DNA of 25,351 nt from Candidatus Cloacimonadota bacterium (GTDB lineage Bacteria; Cloacimonadota; Cloacimonadia; Cloacimonadales; Cloacimonadaceae): NCBI GenBank assembly GCA_028683635.1, contig JAQUHL010000001.1, positions 1-25,351 on the forward strand, written 5' to 3'. The position numbers and the translations under genes were made by a program. Positions within the stretch are counted from its first letter, which is position 1. Each line of letters begins with the position of its first letter. Shown here one piece after another: positions 1 through 8,241 of this stretch. Below the pieces are notes generated by a model, which saw nothing but the letters and a program-made list of their open reading frames with translations, was not told where the DNA came from and ran no database searches.

Positions 1-2130
1 CCGCAACCCCTCGGCACCCCCAGCACTTCCGCCACTTGGTGGATCATCTTCGAACGTGGCAGCAATATCAATCCTGCCGCCTCCTATCGCGACCGTCAGG
101 GTCCAGCTTATGACAGTAATTTCCAAGCCCTTGCCCTGCCCGCTGCCACGGCTATTGCAGATCCTTTCAACATCAATATGGTCGTCCCCATCAATCCCAG
201 ACGCTACGTCCTTACCAATAAATACGTGGTGCTCGGATATGACCAGGAAACTGGCGGAACTCTCATCACAGCCACTTCGACGGATCTGAATACTGGTGCC
301 TTTTCACTGAAGGTGGAAAGCGGAACCGTGATCCGCAGGATTGAAGTCCGCTCCCTGGATAATAATCTGATGGAAAGCCTGATAGGAGAATGGGATGGCC
401 AGGGTGGTGATGAATACTATGCAGATGTTACTGGCCTTAGCGGAAGCGCTCTGAGAGCCGGGCTCAAAACCATCACCTCCACGGGACAGATCAACAATAG
501 CTGGGACAACACCCGCTATCATATCTATGCATCTTTGGATAACGTCAATAACACCGTAAGCTGCGTCTATACCGGTGCGGTCTATGATCACCCTGCCGGT
601 GAACAATCCACGCCTGCCGGGCTGAGCGCTGAGCACAGCTATCCCCAGGAATGGTTCTCCGGCCACGCTGAAAGCAGCCTCATGGAAACCGATCTGCACG
701 CCCTCTTCCCTGCTAACCAGGCTGCCAATTCAGCCCGCAGCAATTACCCTTATGACTATGTGACCAACATCAGTTCCACCTGGGGAAGCGGAGATTACTT
801 CTCCTATGGTGGAACCAATTCCGGAGCAGACAATGCTTTCGACGTTGCCGATGAATTCAAAGGTGATGCTGCCCGTGCTATTCTCTATATGGGAATGAGG
901 TATTACGACGACGATCAGAACTTCACCAGGTTCGATGTAAACCTCTTGCCCATCATGCTTGTCTGGCACCAGCTCGATCCCGTTGATGACTATGAAACTG
1001 CCAGAAACACAGGTGTTTACGCCTTCCAGGGAAATCGCAACCCCTTTGTGGATCACCCGGAATGGGTAAACGATATCTGGGGTGATATCGCCATCGATAC
1101 TCCGGTGGCTACCATTCCATCCAACCTGGGAGACCACGGTTTTACGGCCAATTGGAATGCCGTCGCTGCTGCTTCTTCCTATCGCTTTGATCTCTCCACT
1201 TCCCCGATCTTCGCAGGATTCGTCAATGGCTACAAAAACAAGGTCGTGAGTGCCACCAGCCTGGATATTAGCGCTCTCGATCCCTCCACAACCTATTATT
1301 ACAGAATCCGGGCTCTGGGCTCGAATGGCGAACTCAGCCTCAATTCCAATACCATTTATGCCAGCACTACTGCCGGTGGCACCCTGGCTTATTACTGGAA
1401 CTTCAATAGCAATGTCCCCGGTACCGGAGTGAACTGGACACAACCTGTTCCCGCTTCCATCGGGCAAGGAAACATCACCTACAACCTCACCAAAGCAGTC
1501 AGCTTTGGCGGGACCACCTTAAATGGTGAAGCGGGAGAAGTAAGTGGAGGCAGCTTCGTTCCCCAGGGTGGAGATCTCGAATTGGAAAACAACGGCAATT
1601 GGATGGAGCTTGCTCTGCCCACTACCGGCCTGCAAGATCTCATCCTCACCTATGCTGCCCGAAGAACTTCCACGGGATTTAACTCCCATGAGATCTATTA
1701 CAGCTTGGGTGGTACGGATTTCACTCTCTTTACCACCATCACCGATCTGCCCTCCGATTGGCTGGTCTCTGGCGTGAAATCCATCGATTTTTCCAGCCTT
1801 GGCGGTGCAAATAACAATCCGGATTTCAAGATCAGGATTGTCTTCCTTGGTGCCACCACGGTCTCTGGAAACAACCGGATCGACAATATCAAGATCTTTG
1901 CCTCACCCACTGGTGGCGAGCCTCTGGCCTCTCCCCAGAACCTGCAGATCATTAACCAGAACGGCCAGGTCCAGATCTCCTGGGATGCCGTAACTGGTGC
2001 CACGTCCTACAGGATCGAACATGCCGATGATCCCGAGGGAACTTTCAGCACCGCTGACACCACCACAAACCTGAACTGGACGGCTGCCGCTTCCTCAAAG
2101 AAGTTCTACCGGGTAATCGCCATCCAATAG
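1..2130 (+). CDS. Secreted endonuclease I (EndA/Vvn-like His-Me nuclease) with FN3, beta-sandwich and C-terminal 'FYRVIA' domains; 5'-truncated
   Basis: Frame 1 is open from base 1 (PQPLGTPSTSATWW...) into the 178..2130 ORF, so the true start is left of the window. Endonuclease-I motifs are present: SAEHSYPQEW, DLHALFPANQAANSARSNYPY, KGDAARAILYMGMRY, WHQLDPVDDYETARN, QGNRNPFVDHPEW. FN3 is indicated by FTANWNAVAAASSYRFD...YYYRIRA. Confidence 0.88.
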   Translation, partial: PQPLGTPSTSATWWIIFERGSNINPAASYRDRQGPAYDSNFQALALPAATAIADPFNINMVVPINPRRYVLTNKYVVLGYDQETGGTLITATSTDLNTGAFSLKVESGTVIRRIEVRSLDNNLMESLIGEWDGQGGDEYYADVTGLSGSALRAGLKTITSTGQINNSWDNTRYHIYASLDNVNNTVSCVYTGAVYDHPAGEQSTPAGLSAEHSYPQEWFSGHAESSLMETDLHALFPANQAANSARSNYPYDYVTNISSTWGSGDYFSYGGTNSGADNAFDVADEFKGDAARAILYMGMRYYDDDQNFTRFDVNLLPIMLVWHQLDPVDDYETARNTGVYAFQGNRNPFVDHPEWVNDIWGDIAIDTPVATIPSNLGDHGFTANWNAVAAASSYRFDLSTSPIFAGFVNGYKNKVVSATSLDISALDPSTTYYYRIRALGSNGELSLNSNTIYASTTAGGTLAYYWNFNSNVPGTGVNWTQPVPASIGQGNITYNLTKAVSFGGTTLNGEAGEVSGGSFVPQGGDLELENNGNWMELALPTTGLQDLILTYAARRTSTGFNSHEIYYSLGGTDFTLFTTITDLPSDWLVSGVKSIDFSSLGGANNNPDFKIRIVFLGATTVSGNNRIDNIKIFASPTGGEPLASPQNLQIINQNGQVQISWDAVTGATSYRIEHADDPEGTFSTADTTTNLNWTAAASSKKFYRVIAIQ

Positions 2131-2161
2131 TTACAATTCTGGCTCTGCCACTTATATATCC

Positions 2162-2197
2162 GGGAGTCACCTCATAAAGGTGGCTCCCTATTTGTTT
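2162..2197 (+). terminator. Probable intrinsic terminator of the nuclease gene
   Basis: Stem GGGAGTCACCT (2162-2172), loop CATAA, stem AGGTGGCTCCC (2178-2188, one G-U pair), followed by TATTTGTTT. It begins 31 nt after the stop codon. Confidence 0.65.
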
Positions 2198-2623
2198 GCA
2201 TTCGGTCCCGCATGGGCTTGAATGAGAAGACCAAATAGGGGTGGGGACGTCCCCGTCGCCACATACTCCAATTGGGGTGGGGACGTCCCCGTCGCCACAA
2301 AAGGCTGTATGCCTTCCGAACAGGCAGATCCGCTGCCTCTGTCGACCGGGAGCTCGACAGCCCAAATTGGGGTGGGGACGTCCTCGTCGCCACATACTCC
2401 AATTGGGGTGGGGACGTCCTCGTCACCACAAAGGCTATATGCTTTCCGAACAGGTAAACAGCTGCCTCTGTCGACCGGGAGGTCGACAGCCCTAATTGGG
2501 GTGGTGACGTCCTCCTCGCCACAAAAGGCAAATTCTTTTTTTCTACTTCCGTTTACAGGGGCTCTGGCTTCGCCTCGCACCCTGCCTATGATCTGTCGCC
2601 CACCGGGCTTTCCCGTCCCTCCC

Positions 2624-2724
2624 TGCTTGACAGCGTTAATCACTTCTTAATCTAGCCTTAATCAAGCGTTAATAATTAACGCTTGATTAAGGCTAGATTA
2701 AGAAGTGATTAACGCTGTCAAGCA
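2624..2724. repeat. Perfect 101-bp palindrome (50-bp arms, 1-nt centre at 2674)
   Basis: TGCTTGACAGCGTTAATCACTTCTTAATCTAGCCTTAATCAAGCGTTAAT-A-ATTAACGCTTGATTAAGGCTAGATTAAGAAGTGATTAACGCTGTCAAGCA. The arms are exact reverse complements, read off directly. Confidence 0.97.
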
Positions 2725-2739
2725 AGGGTGCTTTGTCCT

Positions 2740-2766
2740 GGATTCCCGATCCGGGTCGGGAATGAC
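2740..2766 (-). repeat. dRS3-like palindromic repeat (GTCATTCCCG...CGGGAATCC class); diverged second copy at 4219-4244
   Basis: GGATTCCCGATCCGGGTCGGGAATGAC has the ATTCCC-Nn-GGGAAT core typical of Neisseria dRS3-like repeats. The second copy is CATCCCCGATCGGGGTCGGGAATGGC. Confidence 0.6.
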
Positions 2767-4295
2767 GGTAATGACGCTTGATTAAGGAAGACCTTTACAC
2801 ATCCCGATTTATCGAAATACAGACTTCCATATATGCTGGTTGTGAGGCTTGTTTTTGTAAATCTAATCCCGCCCTCTTGAGACGAGGTTGAATAGGCATT
2901 GGGATCCGGACAAGGTGTTTGGCATGCAGCAGGAGTGATGTCGCCCCTGACGGGGCTTGGGTGGTGGTTGTGGGGTTGCGCCTGTACAGGGGTTCCGCTT
3001 CGCTCCACGCCCTGCCTATGATATGCCGCCCGTTGGGCTAAGGTATTCCAAACCACTAACCATTCATCGTTCTCAAATACCGTTGCCCATCCCGATTTAT
3101 CGAAATACAGACTTCCAAATATGCTGGTTGTGGGGCATATTTTTGTAAAGCAGTATGCCCATTAGGGGTGGGAACGTCTCGTCAACACAAAGGATATATG
3201 CGTTCCGAACAAGCGACTCCGTTGCCTCTGTCGACCGGAGCTCGATAGCCCAAATTGGGGTGTGGACGTCTCGTCAACACAGAGCCCCTTGCGGGCGCAA
3301 TATCATAGGCAGGGTGTGCAGCGCAGCGGAATCCCTGTGTATGGCCACCTCACAACCACCAATCAAGCCCCTTGCGGGCGCAATATCATAGGCAGGGTGT
3401 GCAGCGCAGCGGAACCCCTGTATAAGGAACCCAAAAACCTCACAGAGAGCCCCGTAGGCGGCGACATAATATTGTGAGACGCTCCATCGAAAGATCGTTA
3501 CACATCCCGATTTATCGAAATACAGACTTCCAAATATGCTGGTTGTGAGGCTTTTTTTGTAAATCTATTCCCGCCCTCTTGAGACGAGGTTGAAAAGGCA
3601 TTGGGATCTGGACAAGGTGTTTGGTATGCAGCAGGAGTGATGTCGCCCCTGACGGGGCTTGGGTGGTGGTTGTGGGGTTGCGCCTGTACAGGGGTTACGC
3701 TTCGCTCCACGCCCTGCCTATGATATGCCGCCCGTTGGGCTAAGGTATTCCAAACCACTAACCATTCACCGTTCTCAAATACCGTTGCACATCCCGATTT
3801 ATCGAAATACAGACTTCCAAATATGCTGATTGTGGGGCATATTTTTGTAAAGCAGTACGCCCATTAGGGGTGGGAACGTCTCGTCAACACAAAGGATATA
3901 TGCGTTCCGAACAAGCGACTCCGTTGCCTCTGTCGACCGGAGCTCGACAGCCCAAATTGGGGTGTGGACGTCCTCGTCGCCACAAAGGGATATTTGCTTT
4001 CTGAACAGGCAGATCCGCTGCTTCTGTCGACCGGGAGGTCGACAGCCCAAAATGGGGTGGTGACGTCCTCGTCGCCACAAAGGGCTAATTCTTTTTTTCT
4101 ACTTCCGTTTACAGGGGCTCTGGCTTCGCCTCGCACCCTGCCTATGATCTGTCGCCAGCTGGGCTCTCCCGTCCATCCCTCTCTGCTTGACAGTGTCAAG
4201 CAAGGTATGAAGAAGTTCCATCCCCGATCGGGGTCGGGAATGGCGGGAGTTGGGGCAACGCTCCACTCATTTATGGGTGGTGGATTAGGCTTGGA

Positions 4296-6998
4296 TCATT
4301 TCATCAGCAGCATTTTACGGTTGCAGGAGAATTCGGCACTTTCCAGGCGGTAATAGTAGATTCCGCTGGCCTGGGATGTGCCCTTTTCATCTGTTCCATC
4401 CCAAGTGAGGGCAAGCGTACTTCTTTGAGGAATGCCACTGAAGAGGGTTTTCACCAATTGGCCTCTGGTGTTGAAAATCCTGAGAGACAGAGGAATGGAG
4501 GGGTTCTTAAGCTCGAAACTGATGGTGGTGCTGGGGTTGAAAGGATTGGGATAATTCTGGTTGAGCCGGTTTTGAAGGGCGGGATTTTGCTCATCGTCAT
4601 TGGACACAAAATTTCCGGTGGTGAACCTGCGGATGGTGGAGAAATTTCCATATCCGGCGGGGTTGATCGCCCGTACTCTCCAGAAATGAGTGGTGTTGGG
4701 ACTTAGGATGGGAACCCTGAACTCCGTGGCAGTAAGATCCTGATAAGTTATGTGGCCGGTATTAAAATAGCTGTCTGTGGCAATCTGTACCTCATAGCTT
4801 TCTGCCAGGGATGAGGCGTTCCATTTCAGCAGAGGGTTCTGGGCCACGTTGGTGGCGTTGTTATTGGGCAAAAGCAAAGACGGCACTGAGGGCAGGACGC
4901 TGATCTGACCCGTAGTGAAGCTGTAATCCCCGGTAAACATGCTATAGCCGATATCGGAGATGGAAGCCACCCTCCAGAAATATTGGGTGAAGGGCATAAG
5001 ATTGGGGCAGGCAAAGCTGGTATCGGGATGGTCGAGCGAATTCACCAGGAAGCTTTCAAATAAAGGATCATCTGAGAGCTGGACCTGGTAAGCAGTAGCG
5101 CCAAAAGCCCTATTCCATCTTAGTACCGGATTGGTGGGAAGGTTAATTGCCTGGTGGGCAGGATAGACCAGCTCGGGTGGATTGACTTCGCTGATGATAA
5201 TGAAGGGCCAGGTGTTTGTGTCACTATGGTTGTTGCTGAGCAGGGTGAGGCGGATAAAGCATTGGCTGGAATCCAGAAAAGGAATGTTGTTCCAGGTGTG
5301 ACTGCCATCATTGGCAGTGGATGCCACCAGAACCATCCAGTTTTGCTGGTTATCGGTGCTGTATTCGATCTTGACGTTTCCGCTGGAGGATTTTGCCTTC
5401 CAGGTAATGGTTTTGTTTGCACCGGTAAACCAGGTTTCACCACCTGTAGGATAGGTGAGTTGGATATCCGAGATTTTGATATCGAAGGTGATGGTATCAC
5501 CGATTAAGCCGATGTTATAAAGATTCAGGCCACCTGAGGCATTATTGCCGAGAAAGCCATTGGGGCTTGTGGTTTCATTTATCATGGTGCGCCCCTGATT
5601 GGCGGAGAAATGTGCCAGGCTGATGATGCCGTTGGTGGTAGTATCCGTGCCATAGGGACGGTATAGATAAAGCTCATCGGGAGGGCCGCTGGCGTTACCT
5701 TCCTCACGGGTATCCAGGCGATAGACGAGGAGGCCGGACCCGGGAAGATTGTGGTCGTATAACCCGGAGCCCTTGCGGTACTCGAGGATGTAAGCTTCCG
5801 TGCTGCGCCAGGAAGGCACCCGGTAGATGTTGTTCGTAGAGCTTGAAGCCACCGGCGAGAGGCTATAGCTGCCGGAAGTAGTGATGCTGGGAACTTCCTG
5901 AATCCACTGTCCATAGCGGTATTTCATCCAGACGCTCATGTGCTGTGGAGGATTGCTGTTGCCGGCCATCAGATCCCAGGCACCAATGGGCGTGATGGTG
6001 TTATCTTCATAACGATAGAGATCCGGTGCTCCCAGGGAATGGAACATTTCATGGGCCAGGACGCTGGCACCAGAGGAAAAAAGAGAGGATTCCAATTGCA
6101 GGTTAAAATCCCAGACCCGGGCACCATGAATATAGGCCTCAGTATAATATAAAACCCAGCGGTGGGGCCAAAGCAATTCAGCCCAGCCATCCGGCTGACC
6201 CTGAACGATAAAACAGACGTTATCCACATTGCCATCATCATCACCATCGATATCCAGATCAGCAGGGATGGCCGTACCAACGGCATTGACGCAATTCATC
6301 AGCATGGTGTGCTCCCGTATGGTTCTTTCCCAATCGTCGTCAGGATTATATCCGATGGGATTGGAAGCGGATATGGGACGGTAATAGTTACGGGGTTGAG
6401 GATCGACATAGGTCATAATCACAGTGCCATCCGGAGCAGGATAAAAGAATGAATCCACAATAAGCTGCTGGTAGGAGGCGTGCCAGAAATAGTTTTTCAT
6501 GGAGTTGTCGCTTAGGCCCGGGGCATTGAACATATTGTCATAGTAGCTGATGGGCGACGAAAAATCCGGATCTCCAGTGAATTTGATAAAGATCACAAGG
6601 TTATTGAACTGACCTGTGTGAGGGGAGCGGCCGTTGCTGTAATCCCGAAGGCTGGGGTCGTGGCTTTCATATTTGGCCTTCAGGGCTTCGCCCCGGATAT
6701 TGATACCCGGTACGAGATTGCGGGAGTGGGGAAGGTCTCTGCCTGCAATTAGAGTACCGGGTTCAATTCTATCTTCTGCCTGAACTGCATACGTGTAATA
6801 TCCGCTCTTGTCATCACGGATGATGGTATAACCTTCCGCATCGTGCAGCCAATTGTGAAATTCATCCCCGGAGGCGAAAATATTGAGCTGGGTTCCATCC
6901 GGTTGAGTAAGGTTGACAGGAGTGTTTTTGAGCGGTGCTGCGATGAGGGCAGAGGCCATCAGCAACAGGATCACGCAGATGTATAATCTTGATGTCAT
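4296..6998 (-). CDS. M6 family (immune inhibitor A-like) metalloprotease with FN3 repeats and C-terminal FlgD-Ig/T9SS-type sorting domain
   Basis: Zinc motif LAHEMFHSLGAPDLY, plus LWPHRW and WDLMAG. N-terminal TQPDGT..GDEFHNW prodomain and two FN3-like domains. CTD LNQNYPNPFNPSTTISFEL...WDGTDEKG...SGIYYYRL...RKMLLMK. The start is moved from 7052 to ATG 6998 (MTSRLYICVILLLMASALIA is a signal peptide, with AAGGA upstream). Confidence 0.9.
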   Translation of the reverse strand: MTSRLYICVILLLMASALIAAPLKNTPVNLTQPDGTQLNIFASGDEFHNWLHDAEGYTIIRDDKSGYYTYAVQAEDRIEPGTLIAGRDLPHSRNLVPGINIRGEALKAKYESHDPSLRDYSNGRSPHTGQFNNLVIFIKFTGDPDFSSPISYYDNMFNAPGLSDNSMKNYFWHASYQQLIVDSFFYPAPDGTVIMTYVDPQPRNYYRPISASNPIGYNPDDDWERTIREHTMLMNCVNAVGTAIPADLDIDGDDDGNVDNVCFIVQGQPDGWAELLWPHRWVLYYTEAYIHGARVWDFNLQLESSLFSSGASVLAHEMFHSLGAPDLYRYEDNTITPIGAWDLMAGNSNPPQHMSVWMKYRYGQWIQEVPSITTSGSYSLSPVASSSTNNIYRVPSWRSTEAYILEYRKGSGLYDHNLPGSGLLVYRLDTREEGNASGPPDELYLYRPYGTDTTTNGIISLAHFSANQGRTMINETTSPNGFLGNNASGGLNLYNIGLIGDTITFDIKISDIQLTYPTGGETWFTGANKTITWKAKSSSGNVKIEYSTDNQQNWMVLVASTANDGSHTWNNIPFLDSSQCFIRLTLLSNNHSDTNTWPFIIISEVNPPELVYPAHQAINLPTNPVLRWNRAFGATAYQVQLSDDPLFESFLVNSLDHPDTSFACPNLMPFTQYFWRVASISDIGYSMFTGDYSFTTGQISVLPSVPSLLLPNNNATNVAQNPLLKWNASSLAESYEVQIATDSYFNTGHITYQDLTATEFRVPILSPNTTHFWRVRAINPAGYGNFSTIRRFTTGNFVSNDDEQNPALQNRLNQNYPNPFNPSTTISFELKNPSIPLSLRIFNTRGQLVKTLFSGIPQRSTLALTWDGTDEKGTSQASGIYYYRLESAEFSCNRKMLLMK

Positions 6999-7085
6999 AA
7001 ACAAAATATCCTTGAACACTCCCGGGAGGGCAGACCTCCTCCGCGAGTGCATGGGCTCCTTTTTTTATTTCAGATTTCCTTTGTC

Positions 7086-7159
7086 ATGACATAATTCAAG
7101 CCTACCCACCACCCATAAATGAGTGGAGCGCTGCCCCACACCCAGTTGAATTATGTCAT
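7086..7159. mobile_element. 74-bp mini-element with perfect 14-bp terminal inverted repeats
   Basis: ATGACATAATTCAA (7086-7099) and TTGAATTATGTCAT (7146-7159) enclose a GTGGAGC-GCT-GCCCCAC hairpin. No target duplication was found, so mobility is inferred only. Confidence 0.5.
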
Positions 7160-7236
7160 TTCAATATTAACTCTGTATTGCACAGCTCTCATGCAATTTT
7201 TATGCCTGATCCTGTGAAAACTGGCGTTATCCAATA

Positions 7237-8197
7237 AAGGCCGTTGCACATCCCGATTCATCTGAATACAGACATCCAAATATGCTGGTTGTGAGGCATA
7301 TTTTTGTAAAGCAGTACGGCCCAATAGGGGTGGGGACGTCCTCGTCAACACAGAGCCCCTTGCGGGCGTAATATCATTAGGCAGGGTGTGCAGCGCAGCG
7401 GAACCCCTGTGTATGGGCACTTCACAACCACCAATCAAGCCCCTTGCGGGCGCAATATCATAGGCAGGGCGTGAAGCGAAGCGGAACCCCTGTATAACGA
7501 ACCCAAAATCCTCACAGAGAGCCCCGTAGGCGGCGACATAATATTGTGAGACGCTCCATCGAAATACCGTTGCACATCCCGATTTATCGAAATTCAGACT
7601 TCCAAATATGCTGGTTGTGAGGCATATTTTGGGAAATCTTACCCGCCCACCACCCTAATAGGAGTAGGGCTTTTTGAACAGGCAACTCCGTCACCTCTGT
7701 CGACCGGAGCTCGACAGTCCAAATAGGGGTGGTGACGTCCTCGTCGCCACAAAGTGAGATGAGGTTAAAAGGCATTGGGATCCGGACAAGGTGTTTGGTA
7801 TGCAGCAGGAGTGATGTCGCCCCTGACGGGGCTTGGGTGGTGGTTGTGGGGTTGCGCCTGTACAGGGGTTACGCTTCACTCCACGCCCTGCCTATGATAT
7901 GCCGCCCGTTGGGCTGGATGTCGCCCCTGGCGGGGCTTTTACGTTGGGTGTGGGTGCTGGTTACAGGGGTTCCGCTTCGCTCCACGCCCTGCCTATGATA
8001 TGCCGCCCGTTGGGCTAAGGTATTCCAAACCACTAACCATTCACCGTTCACCATTCTCAAATACCGTTGTACATCCCGATTTATCGAAATACGGACTTCC
8101 AAACATGCTGGTTGTGAGGTTTTTCTGGATATCTATTCCCGCCCACCACCCCAGAAGGAGAAGGGCTTCGCCCTATAACCCATTATAAAATGGTCTT
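7237..8197. repeat. Repeat mosaic 2: same modules as mosaic 1 in reshuffled order, ending in a complete MITE copy (8060-8197)
   Basis: 7342-7622 matches 3271-3550, and 7768-7915 matches about 3595-3740. MITE left arms at 7237, 7563, 8060. MITE right end AATGGTCTT at 8189-8197. Confidence 0.92.
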
Positions 8198-8241
8198 AAG
8201 ATATAATCCATACCCATTTGATTATGTCAATCAAGGTTGTA

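Larger units (their letters stand above)
2238..4295. repeat. Repeat mosaic 1: stacked REP-like palindromes plus MITE left arms
   Basis: GGGGTGGGGACGTCC(C/T)CGTCGCCACA units at 2238, 2274, 2369, 2405, 2498 and variants near 3165, 3257, 3867, 3959, 4053. CTGTCGAC..(G/C)TCGACAG hairpins. AGCCC..GGGC / CAGGG..CCCTG units in both orientations. MITE left arms at 2788, 3076, 3491, 3778. A ~470-bp direct repeat (2798-3270 vs 3501-3972, offset 703), and 2480-2630 recurs at about 4035-4190. Confidence 0.92.

Noticed and set aside
2238-2523. Five ~26-bp repeats with spacers, resembling a CRISPR array
   Set aside because: The spacers are themselves repeated (TACTCCAATT twice; a ~68-bp spacer twice) and very unequal in length. 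This is a ~131-bp tandem unit. No cas genes are in the window.
2834-2845. GCTGGTTG in the MITE as a Chi-like site for the neighbouring AddAB
   Set aside because: It only resembles the E. coli RecBCD Chi. Chi sequences are lineage-specific and unknown here, so there is no support.
2045-4353. Many 60-150 aa ORFs in mosaic 1 (and in 7151-8188, 14454-15156)
   Set aside because: They are translations of GC-rich repeats in overlapping frames on both strands, with recurring pseudo-peptides, no RBS and no family motifs. None resembles a transposase.
6999-7070. GC-rich stem-loop upstream of the protease start (CACTCGCGGAGG...CCTCCCGGGAGTG on minus) as a riboswitch
   Set aside because: It is a single imperfect hairpin without conserved motifs of any riboswitch class I recognise. 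An Rfam/Infernal scan would be needed.
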